Both the position numbers and the translations under genes were made by a program. From an uncultured bacterium (GTDB taxonomy: Bacteria; Krumholzibacteriota; Krumholzibacteriia; LZORAL124-64-63): 64,000 nucleotides of DNA. The notes under the pieces are model-generated. The model made no database searches, was not told the DNA's origin, and saw nothing but the letters and a program-made list of their open reading frames with translations. The DNA lies in assembly GCA_963727525.1 (NCBI GenBank), contig CAVSGO010000007.1, positions 1,632,001-1,696,000 of the forward strand, written 5' to 3'. This document shows positions 29,717 through 38,390 of the stretch, in pieces; the first letter of the stretch is position 1; every line of letters starts with the position of its first letter.

Positions 29717-31147
29717 TCAGCGCACGAGCATTGCTCGCCTCGTGACGACGACTCCGTCCGCCCGCATCCGCACCAGGTAAACGCCCCCCGGCAACGCGCG
29801 CCCGCCAGCATCCGTCCCATCCCAGCGCAGCGTGTGCCGCCCCGCCGCTTCCACCCTCCCCGCGGCGAGCGTGCGCACGAGCCGTCCCGCGACGTCGTAT
29901 ACGGCGACCGTCAGAGCAGCCTCGCGCGGCAGATCGCACGCGACATCGGTCTGCGGGTTGAACGGGTTAGGCCAGGGCCCATCGAGCCGCGGCAGCGCCG
30001 GCGTCGCGGGCACCGACACGGAGTCGTCGCGCTGCTGCACAACCCTGACCAGGACAAACTCGGCCGGTGCGATTGGCGCGAAGCCCATGAGGATGATCGT
30101 GCGTCCCTCGAGAATGTCCTGCTGGGTCATCGTCTCCAGGCCGCACTGCACGAAGTAGGCCTGCGACGGCGTCGCCCCCTGGAACCAGCCGGCGACGAAG
30201 AGGGCGTAAAGAAAGTCCTCGACATCGCTGCGCAGGTGCAGCCACAGGGCTGCATCGTTCGGTTCCTGCAAGCACCACGCGGTGCCCGCCAGAACCGAGT
30301 GTCCGATGGTCAGGGCCGTACGTCGCACCGACACGTAACGCCATTCGGGATCGCTGGCGAGCGTGCGCGCACCCCACACGCGGATCCCCTGCCCCGGGAT
30401 GTCGCGGATCGTGTTGATCCCCAGCGGCGTGAGCTGCTCCAGCTCGAGGGTCGACACGTCGTAGCTCACGGCGGTGGCCGAGGTGACCGCGCCCACCGGT
30501 GCCTCGGGCGGCGCCGTGCGCGCCATCACGCCGGCGACGAAGCCGCTCGGCGGCAACAGCAGCGACGAGCCCGCCGGCACGGCCAGCACCCACGGAAAGT
30601 AGAGCGTCGCAAACCCGGTGTCCGTGACGAGCCCGGCACGCTGCGCGACCACGGCTGACGGATCCGTGGTCGATGCCGGATCGAGAATGGCCAGGCGATC
30701 GCCCATTTCGGTGCACAGGGCGACCATCGCGGCTTGCACCGCCGCCGAGGTGACGCCGGGCACGGCCACGAACGCCGCGGCATCCCCGTCGCGCAACGCT
30801 TGCAGCCCTGTGCGCTGTCCGGGCCCGCCATCGCTGCCGATGACGGAGGCGTCGTCGTCCCCGGCCACGCGCACGACGACGGCATGCGTACCGCCGTTGA
30901 CGAAGAACGCGGCCACGGACGGGGCAAGATACGGATTGGCGAGGCCGTCGGTCCCGGCGCCGAAGATCGCGGCGAATCCGGCATAACTGGCCACGGAAAC
31001 CGGCGCGTCGAGCGGGCCCTGCTGCGCCTCGCCCACGAAGGCGGCTGCGCGACCGTCCACGAGTGCGATCGGGGTCGCGCCCACCGCGCTCGCCAGGAGC
31101 GCGAGCGTCACCGCCAGAACGCCACCGCGCCCGGCCCAGTGCACCAT
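29717..31147 (-). CDS. Contractile phage tail sheath-family protein with N-terminal signal peptide and C-terminal FlgD-Ig (T9SS-like) sorting domain
   Basis: AAFVG..QGP, FFVNGG..VVRV, RLAILD, LYFPW, PPSGFVAG, GINTIR, VWGARTL, WRYVSVRR, EPND..LW, AYFVQCG, APIAPAEFV; tail PWPNPFNP..VYDVAGRLVRTL..WDG..GVY. Confidence 0.85.
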   Translation of the reverse strand: MVHWAGRGGVLAVTLALLASAVGATPIALVDGRAAAFVGEAQQGPLDAPVSVASYAGFAAIFGAGTDGLANPYLAPSVAAFFVNGGTHAVVVRVAGDDDASVIGSDGGPGQRTGLQALRDGDAAAFVAVPGVTSAAVQAAMVALCTEMGDRLAILDPASTTDPSAVVAQRAGLVTDTGFATLYFPWVLAVPAGSSLLLPPSGFVAGVMARTAPPEAPVGAVTSATAVSYDVSTLELEQLTPLGINTIRDIPGQGIRVWGARTLASDPEWRYVSVRRTALTIGHSVLAGTAWCLQEPNDAALWLHLRSDVEDFLYALFVAGWFQGATPSQAYFVQCGLETMTQQDILEGRTIILMGFAPIAPAEFVLVRVVQQRDDSVSVPATPALPRLDGPWPNPFNPQTDVACDLPREAALTVAVYDVAGRLVRTLAAGRVEAAGRHTLRWDGTDAGGRALPGGVYLVRMRADGVVVTRRAMLVR

Positions 31148-31742
31148 GAGAAACCTCCCGCCATCCGCCGCCTTACCAGCATTTCGGGCCCATCCGCGCC
31201 CGGAGAGCCTAGCACATTCCTCCGCTTTCGACCATCCGCAGGCGGAACCGGGGGACACGACGACGGACGACAGCCTGGATCTTCGGCAAGCGCAGTATCC
31301 CCTCCTGGCCCAACTCGCCGACCAGAATACTTGCCAGCTCCTGGAGCTGTTCGGCGGACTGCCCGACAGCACCTTCACCGCGTTGCAGCGCGCCGGGTAC
31401 GTGAAGTGGCAGGTCTGCGATCTCGACGCCCGCCGACGCCACATGCTCGAAGATCTCAACCGCGTCAACATCGACATGGCCACGCAGCAGGGCGTGCCGG
31501 AGAATCCGGCGTATTCGATCGAGGCGTTCTCGCGCGCGGAGACGGGCTTCGCGATCGTCTCCATTCCCGAGACTCAGCAGAAGGTGGCGAGCTGGTTCGT
31601 GCTGGGGCCCGAGTTGCCCGACCCGACGTGGGTGACGGTGGTCAACACGCGCGCCACCGCCACGCCGGAATACTTCCGCGCGCATCTGCGGGAGCTGCCA
31701 TCGCTGCGGGCCTTGCCCGCGAGCGGTGTGCCCGCCGGCTAG
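31146..31742 (+). CDS. Hypothetical protein (true start uncertain, probably downstream of 31146)
   Basis: Open frame with coding-like GC3 bias from about 31260; no recognised motif. Confidence 0.45.
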   Translation: MRNLPPSAALPAFRAHPRPESLAHSSAFDHPQAEPGDTTTDDSLDLRQAQYPLLAQLADQNTCQLLELFGGLPDSTFTALQRAGYVKWQVCDLDARRRHMLEDLNRVNIDMATQQGVPENPAYSIEAFSRAETGFAIVSIPETQQKVASWFVLGPELPDPTWVTVVNTRATATPEYFRAHLRELPSLRALPASGVPAG

Positions 31743-33244
31743 CTTCCGCTCGACCCGCCCGATTGCGGTGTCGTCCCTGGCGGTGTCGTCCCTGGCGGCG
31801 GGTCGGGACACCCGTCACTGTCTTGATCGCCGTCGTAGTCCTCCGGCTCGTTCGGACACTGGTCGTTGACGTCGTCGATGCCGTCGAGGTCGTTGTCGGG
31901 ATCGGGACAGCCATCGCCATCCTCGAAACCGTCGATGTCTTCCGGGCGGTCCGGGCAGAGATCGTCCTCGTCGGCGATCCCGTCGCCATCGCTGTCGACG
32001 AAGGTGTCGGGGCAGCCATCAGTGTCCTTGTAGCCGTCGAAATCCTCGGGCTCGTCGGGACACTGGTCGAGCCGGTCCACGATGCCGTCGCCGTCGTTGT
32101 CGGGATCGGGACAGCCGTCGGCGTCCTGGTAGCCATCGATGTCCTCGGCCTCGTCGGGACACTGATCGAAGGTGTCGAACACGCCGTCCTGATCGTTGTC
32201 GACGTCCGGACAACCGTCGTCGTCCCGGAAACCGTCGCGATCCTCGGGCAGGCCGGGGCAAGCGTCTCTGCGGTCGGGAATGCCGTCGTGATCGCCGTCG
32301 TGCCCGCCAAGTGAGAACTGGCGACTGATCGCGAGGCTGGAGACGAGTTTGGGGATCTCGGGATCATAGTCGGTGGCGTAGTCGTTTTTCTGCAAGGGCA
32401 CCAGGTAGTTCAGCTCGACGCCCCACCCCTCGGCCAGCCCCCACCGCACGCCGGCGCCGACGGCCGTGTCATTCTCGATGACATCCACGAACCGCGTGTC
32501 CACGAACTGCGCGGCCGTGTATTCCACCCACAGGATCGTCGACGCCTTGCGGAACTCGAAACCGCCGCCCCACAGCTTGTAGTCGTTGCCACCGTCGCCG
32601 CCCACGCTCGCGGCGGCCGGATAGCGAGGCCACCAGGGCTGGGGCCAGAACGTCGGGTTCACACCGTAACCCTCGTCCTCGTTGCGATTCCACCGGTGCC
32701 CGTAGCTGGCGAAGATCCGCATCTGCGGCAACTTCGACTCCGTCCACACGCGCACGCCGAGGCTCACGCCGGCATGGGGCGACACGACGCCCTCGCCCAG
32801 TTCCCGCGCGGCCAGCGGCAGGCTGACGCCGCCGAAGAGCGTGGCCCCCAACCAGGACGGCAGGCCGGGCAGCGAATACGTCACCTCGGAGCGTCCGTCG
32901 CCGAGGCCGCTGCCGGACGGCTCGGCAGGCGACGGCCAGCGGCTCCATTGGCGGTAAGGTTGCGCATAGCGCACCGTCAAGCCGGGCCAGGGGCCGTACT
33001 CGGCGCTCAGGACCCACTCCCACACCGTCGGTTCGTAGATCCCCTCGCTGCCCTTGATCACCTCCGGCTTGTAGAGACTCGGACCGAGGCTGACGGTCAG
33101 CAGGCCATCGGGAATCGCGAACGCCGACACGAGCCGGGTGCGCTGCATCGAATCCTGCGGCACGCCGGGCAACCCGCGCCCGAAGGCCACCCCCGCAGCG
33201 AGCGCGAACACGCTTGCGATCGCAATGCCCGGTCTGCGCGTCAA
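31739..33244 (-). CDS. Exported beta-barrel-like protein with thrombospondin type-3 (Ca-binding) repeats
   Basis: Signal-like N-terminus, aromatic-rich beta strands, ~5 DxDxDGxxDxxDxCP..PEDxDG..DxDGCP repeats; TTGA overlap with upstream gene. Confidence 0.75.
   Translation of the reverse strand: MTRRPGIAIASVFALAAGVAFGRGLPGVPQDSMQRTRLVSAFAIPDGLLTVSLGPSLYKPEVIKGSEGIYEPTVWEWVLSAEYGPWPGLTVRYAQPYRQWSRWPSPAEPSGSGLGDGRSEVTYSLPGLPSWLGATLFGGVSLPLAARELGEGVVSPHAGVSLGVRVWTESKLPQMRIFASYGHRWNRNEDEGYGVNPTFWPQPWWPRYPAAASVGGDGGNDYKLWGGGFEFRKASTILWVEYTAAQFVDTRFVDVIENDTAVGAGVRWGLAEGWGVELNYLVPLQKNDYATDYDPEIPKLVSSLAISRQFSLGGHDGDHDGIPDRRDACPGLPEDRDGFRDDDGCPDVDNDQDGVFDTFDQCPDEAEDIDGYQDADGCPDPDNDGDGIVDRLDQCPDEPEDFDGYKDTDGCPDTFVDSDGDGIADEDDLCPDRPEDIDGFEDGDGCPDPDNDLDGIDDVNDQCPNEPEDYDGDQDSDGCPDPPPGTTPPGTTPQSGGSSGS
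31795..32305 (-). repeat. Intragenic TSP3-type repeats (~100 bp units)
   Basis: Recurrent tcgggaca/gccgtcg..tcgttgtc units encoding DGCPDPDND. Confidence 0.75.
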
Positions 33245-33582
33245 GCAGAGGCCTCGCCGCCGGCGGCATCGGGTGTATCCGTTGTCGCCGCGGATGGCGG
33301 CGGCGGCGCCTGGTCCTTCTTCACCTCGTCGAGGTAGTTCATCTGCAGGTCCATGACCGCGGTGTCGAGGATGCGCAGCACGCCCGCGGGCGTGTCTGTC
33401 CGGCATTTCACCTTGAGCATCTCGAGCATGTCGATCGTGGCGCGCGCCGTCGTCAGGTCGCGCTCTATCTCGCCCGACATCTCGTTCTTGATCTTGCCGA
33501 GCTGCTGCATCGCGGCCATCTGCAGGCTCATGACCAGGCCGAGCAGGATATGGTCGTGCTTGCTCAGGGTTTCATCGTTCAT
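33241..33582 (-). CDS. DUF1844 family protein
   Basis: AAMQQLGKIKN, ARATIDMLEMLKVKC, LQMNY; GGAGG RBS. Confidence 0.8.
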   Translation of the reverse strand: MNDETLSKHDHILLGLVMSLQMAAMQQLGKIKNEMSGEIERDLTTARATIDMLEMLKVKCRTDTPAGVLRILDTAVMDLQMNYLDEVKKDQAPPPPSAATTDTPDAAGGEASA

Positions 33583-34643
33583 GGTGCCTCCTTGCCGTCC
33601 TGCCGGACGGCGGCTGCCTGAGGGTCGAACTCGTCGCTGATCGATCCGGTGACCTTCTCGATGAGGTCCTCCAGGGTGAGCAGGCCACGGCTGCGGCCTG
33701 CGCGGTCCACCACGATGGCGAGCTGATGCTGCTGGTGGTGCAACTCCTCGAAAAGTTCGTACGGCGAGAGGTTCCCGTCCACCAGCAGGATCGTGCGCAC
33801 CAGGGCTTCGGGTACCGGCTCGGCGAGGTCCTGCCCGGGTTCCTCCGCCTGGAAGAGCAGATCGCGCACCAGGAGGTAGCCGTTCAGCTCGGCGGACGCG
33901 TCGCCACGCAGGGGCAGGCGGCTGAATCCGCTGCGCTGCGCCACGTTCAGAGCGTCGCCCAGGCTGATCCCCGCCGGCACCGACACGATCTGGTCCAGCG
34001 GTCGCGCCATCTCGGCGATGGTCGTGCCGCTCAGGTGCAGGAACCGCTCGAGGGCGATCTGGAAGCGCCGGTCCTGCGTCCCTGGCGCCCCCTGGCCCAC
34101 GAGCAGAGCCACGAGCCCCGTGCGGTCGAGGGCGTCGCCCACGCGGCCGTCGCCCCCGGTGATCCGCTGCAGGAGCCGCGTGTAGCCGCCGAGGAGCCAG
34201 CGTACGGGCGCCACGACGACCATGAACGCGCGCAGCCCCGGCACCGACGCGATCGTCAGGCGCTCCGGATACTCGCGGTAGAGGATCTTCGGGATGATCT
34301 CGCCGAAGATGACCATCACGGTGGCCGTGATCGCCACCGCCAGCCACCCGCCCTGGTGGCCGAACCGCGCGACGAGGGCGGCCGTCACGAGGGAGCTGGC
34401 GAGGATCGTGAAGAGATTCGTGCCCACGAGACAGGTGAGGATAGCGTCCTCGAGGTGGGTCAGCAGCCGCAGCAACGCCGCCACGCCGCGCTGGCCACCG
34501 CCGGCCATCCGGCGCAGTCGTAGCCGGCTCACCGTGAGGAACCCGGTCTCGGTGCCCGAGAAGAACGCCGCAAACACCACGCACACCACGACGACGAGCA
34601 CCAGCTCGCCCGTCGGCAACACCAGGGAGCCGCCCACGTGCAT
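33579..34643 (-). CDS. CNNM/DUF21-CBS (hemolysin/TlyC-like) membrane protein
   Basis: FFSGTETGF, LVGTNL, FGEIIPK, GFSRLP, TLEDLIE..G.I.DEFD. Confidence 0.88.
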   Translation of the reverse strand: MHVGGSLVLPTGELVLVVVVCVVFAAFFSGTETGFLTVSRLRLRRMAGGGQRGVAALLRLLTHLEDAILTCLVGTNLFTILASSLVTAALVARFGHQGGWLAVAITATVMVIFGEIIPKILYREYPERLTIASVPGLRAFMVVVAPVRWLLGGYTRLLQRITGGDGRVGDALDRTGLVALLVGQGAPGTQDRRFQIALERFLHLSGTTIAEMARPLDQIVSVPAGISLGDALNVAQRSGFSRLPLRGDASAELNGYLLVRDLLFQAEEPGQDLAEPVPEALVRTILLVDGNLSPYELFEELHHQQHQLAIVVDRAGRSRGLLTLEDLIEKVTGSISDEFDPQAAAVRQDGKEAP

Positions 34644-35893
34644 CAGGCCCGCACCTCCTCGCCTGGCGCGTCGCCCTGGCGTACGACCTCCACGCTCTCG
34701 ATCCGGTGCCCCTGCATCGCCAGCACCCGCATCTGGGCCACCCCCACGTGTAGGTCGTCGCCGGGGCTGGGAATGCGCCCGAGCGTCGCCATTACGTACC
34801 CGGCCAGCGTGACGTAATCGCGGGACGGCGGCAGGTCGATACCCGTGGCCTCGGCGAACGCCCGCAGGTCGATGCGCCCACCCACGATCCAGCGCTGCTC
34901 GCCGGTGGGTACGACCAGGGGTTGACGCCGCGCGACGTCGCCCACGCGGCCGATCAGCGCCTGCAGGCAATCGGCCAGCGTGACGATGCCGACGAAGTCA
35001 CCGTGCTCGTCCACGACCGCCGCCATGTGCCCGCGCCCGGTGCGCATCTCCGCCAGCAATGACGCCACGTCCTTGCTTTCGGGCACCACCGGCAGGGGGC
35101 GCAGCTCGCCGCGCAGCGGCTGACGGTCGTGGCGCCGACGCAGCAGGTCCTTCACGTGGAACAGGCCCTCGGGATACGCCCCCTCTGCCGGCACCACGGG
35201 GTAGCGGTTGAATCCCGCGCGCCGCACCTCGGCAAGGATGCGCCCGCGATCCCACGCACGATCGAGGGTGATCACGTCCGGCCGCGGCACCATGATCTGC
35301 CGGACCTCGAGGTCCCGCAGGGTGAGCAGGCGAGCCAGACTACGCCCCTCCGTCTGCGAGAGCGTGGCTTCCTCCACCGCGAGGTCGCACGCCGTCTGCA
35401 GCTCGGCCGCCGCCAGGGGCCGGCTCCCCGTGCGCTCGGCCGGCACGAGGCGCAGGACCCGCTCCAGACCCGACGTGATGACGCGCACCAGCGGCGACGT
35501 GATCGCCACCCAGACCCGCAGCGGTGCCTGCATCGTCAGCACGATGCCGTCGCGCCGGTTCAGCGCCAGCAGCTTCGGCGTGATCTCCCCCACCAGCAGC
35601 AGTAGCAGGGTCGCCACCGGCACGGCCACCACGACGCCCCGGGGGCCAAAAAGGCCCAGGCACATGGAGGTGGCGACGACACCGGTCGCCGTGTTGACAA
35701 GGAGGTTTCCGATGAGCAGAGCCGCGAGCAGATCGTTGGGGCGCCGCGCCAGCGACGACGCGCCACGCCCGGCGTTCCCGCGCTCGCGCAACTGGGCGAG
35801 GTCGGCGGGCCCCAGGGAAAAGAACGCCGTCTCCGAGCCGGAAAAGACCGCGGAGAGCAGCAGGAGGACCCCCAGCAAGACGATCGAATCCAA
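34643..35893 (-). CDS. CNNM/DUF21-CBS-CorC (hemolysin/GldE-like) membrane protein
   Basis: FSGSETAFFSL, LIGNLLVN, GEITPK, MVPRPD, VVDEHG, TLAGYV..LGRIP; TTG start after GAGGAG. Confidence 0.88.
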   Translation of the reverse strand: MDSIVLLGVLLLLSAVFSGSETAFFSLGPADLAQLRERGNAGRGASSLARRPNDLLAALLIGNLLVNTATGVVATSMCLGLFGPRGVVVAVPVATLLLLLVGEITPKLLALNRRDGIVLTMQAPLRVWVAITSPLVRVITSGLERVLRLVPAERTGSRPLAAAELQTACDLAVEEATLSQTEGRSLARLLTLRDLEVRQIMVPRPDVITLDRAWDRGRILAEVRRAGFNRYPVVPAEGAYPEGLFHVKDLLRRRHDRQPLRGELRPLPVVPESKDVASLLAEMRTGRGHMAAVVDEHGDFVGIVTLADCLQALIGRVGDVARRQPLVVPTGEQRWIVGGRIDLRAFAEATGIDLPPSRDYVTLAGYVMATLGRIPSPGDDLHVGVAQMRVLAMQGHRIESVEVVRQGDAPGEEVRA

Positions 35894-36040
35894 CGTCTCC
35901 TCTTCCGATGTGTCGATGCTGTCGCAGGATAGCCGGTTCCTTGACACCATGCAAGGCTCTCACTAAGATGCGGCGACCGCGCCCCGGGACCGCGGCTGTA
36001 GCCGCTGCCCACCCTGGGGCGCTCTCTCGATGAGGTGAGG

Positions 36041-37054
36041 ATGAGTGCCCCGCGCGAGATCCTGATCATCCGGTTCGGGTCGCTGGGCGACCTCTGCCTG
36101 CTCGGCTGGAGCTTGAGCCGGCTCGCGCGCCCGCCCGCATCGACGGCGTGCCGCGTCACGCTGGTCACCAAGGCCGCCTATGCCGATCTGGCCTCGCGCT
36201 TCACCGGCGTCGACGCTGTCGCCGCTCTGCGCCCCGGCCAGCCGGCCCACCTCGTCGCCCTCGCCAATGATCTGCGCGGTACGAACTGGGATACCGTGTT
36301 CGACGCCCACGGCGTGCTACGCAGCGACATCCTCACCATGCTCCTGGGTCGCCGCCCGCGAGCACGCATCGCCAAGGACACCGCGGCGCGCCTGCGGCTC
36401 CTGCGCGGGGCGCCGGCGGGCGCCGCCCTGGCCCGCACGATGCGCGACCGCTTCGATGCGGTGCTCGCGCCGCTCGGCCCCGTCCTGTCCCGCCCCCCGT
36501 CGCCGCCACTGGCCACGCTGGCCGGGGCGCCACGCGAGGCGCTAGGCATCGCCCCCGGCGCGCAGTGGGACACCAAACGGTGGCCGGCCGAGCATTTCGC
36601 GTCGTGCATCCAGGCGTTCCGGCAGCACAGCGATGCCCCCGTGCGGGTCTTTCTCGGCCCGCGCGAGGCCGACTGGTTCGCACGCAGCCCCCTCGCCGCA
36701 CTCCCGGGCCTCGAGATCTGGCGCGACCGCGCGCTCGTCGACGTGGCCGGCGGTCTGGCCGGCTGCCGCCTCGTCGTCTGCAACGACAGCGGTCTCATGC
36801 ACCTCGCCGAGGCCGTCGGCACGCCGGTGGTGGCGCTCTTCGGCCCCACGGTGCGCGCGTTCGGCTACTTTCCCCAGTTGCCCACGAGCCGCGTGATCGA
36901 GATCACGGATCTCGACTGCCGCCCCTGCTCGCGCAACGGGAAGCGGCCGTGCTGGCGCGGCGATCACGCCTGTCTGGTACGCATCGGGCCCGAACGCGTG
37001 ATCGCGGCCATGAGCGTCGGCCGCGGTGGACGCACCGCGGGAGACGCGCGATGA
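36041..37054 (+). CDS. Glycosyltransferase family 9 (LPS heptosyltransferase-like)
   Basis: RFGSLGD, PGAQWDTKRWP, NDSGLMHLA, LFGPT, CRPC. Confidence 0.9.
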   Translation: MSAPREILIIRFGSLGDLCLLGWSLSRLARPPASTACRVTLVTKAAYADLASRFTGVDAVAALRPGQPAHLVALANDLRGTNWDTVFDAHGVLRSDILTMLLGRRPRARIAKDTAARLRLLRGAPAGAALARTMRDRFDAVLAPLGPVLSRPPSPPLATLAGAPREALGIAPGAQWDTKRWPAEHFASCIQAFRQHSDAPVRVFLGPREADWFARSPLAALPGLEIWRDRALVDVAGGLAGCRLVVCNDSGLMHLAEAVGTPVVALFGPTVRAFGYFPQLPTSRVIEITDLDCRPCSRNGKRPCWRGDHACLVRIGPERVIAAMSVGRGGRTAGDAR

Positions 37055-38340
37055 GAAAACCCGGACTCCTGCTGCGTCTCTACGGCCTCGTCGCGCCGGC
37101 GCTGATCGGCGGCCTGCCCGCGCTGACCCCGTTCTCGGCGAAGCTGCGCGAGGGTCTGGCCGGACGCGCCGGCATCATGGATCGCCTCCTCGCCGCGGCG
37201 CCCTGGGTGCGCGGCGGCGTGTGGGTGCATGCCACGAGTGTCGGCGAATACGAGCAGGCGCGCCCGGTCATCGCCGCCCTGCGCGAGCGTCCCGAGGCCG
37301 CGCGGCCGCCGATCGTCGTCACGCACTTCTCGCCCTCGGGCTATGAATTCGCGCGTAAGCGACCGGCTGGCGACGTGCACGACTACCTGCCGTTCGACGA
37401 TCCCGCGGCCATGCGCCGGCTCGTCGCCGTCTGGCAGCCACGTCTGCTGCTCTTCGTGAAGTTCGATTGCTGGCCCAATCTCGTGGTGGCGGCCGACGCG
37501 GCGCACGTCCCCGTGGTGCTGCTCGCGGGATCGCTGCAACCACGTTCGGCGCGGCTGCGGCCTGGCGGCAAGCAGCTCTTCCGCGACGTCTTCGACCGCT
37601 TCGCCCATATCGGCGTGAGCACCGAGGAGGACCGGCGGCGCTTCGTCGAGGACCTGGGCGTACGCGCGCCTGTGACGGTGACGGGCGATACGCGCATCGA
37701 TCAGGTGGTGCGGCGTTACGAGGCCGCCCACGATGGCCCGGTAGCCGCGCGCCTGCGGGCACGCGGTGGCCGGCGCCTCGTGCTGGGTAGCACGTGGCCG
37801 CCCGACGAGAAGCTCTGGTTGCCCGTGCTACCGGACCTGCTCGCGCGATTCCCGGACCTGCACGTCGTCCTCGTGCCGCACGAACCGCTGCCCGCGCGCC
37901 TCGTCGCCCTGGAGGCCGGCCTCGCCGCGCGCGGCATCGCCACGGCCCGGCTGAGCGCGGTCATGGCCGACGCGAAGGCCACCCCTCGCTGCGTGCTGGT
38001 CGACTCCATTGGCGTGCTCGCGGAGATCTACCGCGCCGGGGCGCTGGCCTACGTCGGCGGCAGCTTCACCACCGGCGTGCACAACACCATGGAGCCGGCT
38101 GTCGCCGGCTTGCCGGTGCTCTTCGGCCCGGTGATCGAGAATGCCGAGGAAGCCGGCGAACTCGTCCGCCGCGAGGCTGGCTGGGTGGTCGCCCGTCCCG
38201 AGGACGCACGCGACCGCGCGGCAGCGTTGCTCGGCGACGCGGACGCCCTCGCCGCCGCGGGCGCGGCGGCACGCAGCGTGGTACTCGCCCAGCGCGGCGC
38301 CACGGCCCGGAGTCTGGCCGTCCTGGCCCCGTTTGTATAG
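37051..38340 (+). CDS. waaA: 3-deoxy-D-manno-octulosonic acid transferase
   Basis: WVHATSVGE, YLPFD, TGDTRID, GSTW, DSIGVLAEIY, VGGSF..HNTMEPA. Confidence 0.88.
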   Translation: MRKPGLLLRLYGLVAPALIGGLPALTPFSAKLREGLAGRAGIMDRLLAAAPWVRGGVWVHATSVGEYEQARPVIAALRERPEAARPPIVVTHFSPSGYEFARKRPAGDVHDYLPFDDPAAMRRLVAVWQPRLLLFVKFDCWPNLVVAADAAHVPVVLLAGSLQPRSARLRPGGKQLFRDVFDRFAHIGVSTEEDRRRFVEDLGVRAPVTVTGDTRIDQVVRRYEAAHDGPVAARLRARGGRRLVLGSTWPPDEKLWLPVLPDLLARFPDLHVVLVPHEPLPARLVALEAGLAARGIATARLSAVMADAKATPRCVLVDSIGVLAEIYRAGALAYVGGSFTTGVHNTMEPAVAGLPVLFGPVIENAEEAGELVRREAGWVVARPEDARDRAAALLGDADALAAAGAAARSVVLAQRGATARSLAVLAPFV

Positions 38341-38390
38341 CTTGCGAGGAATTGCCGATGATGACGACCCACTCCACCGAAAGGACCACC

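Noticed and set aside
29717-31147. Prophage, tailocin/eCIS or T6SS locus
   Set aside because: Only a sheath-like gene is present; no tube, baseplate, spike, terminase, capsid, integrase or Tss genes are recognisable in the window
31795-32305. CRISPR-like repeat array
   Set aside because: Repeats are degenerate, in-frame and encode TSP3 motifs; no identical repeats with unique spacers and no cas genes
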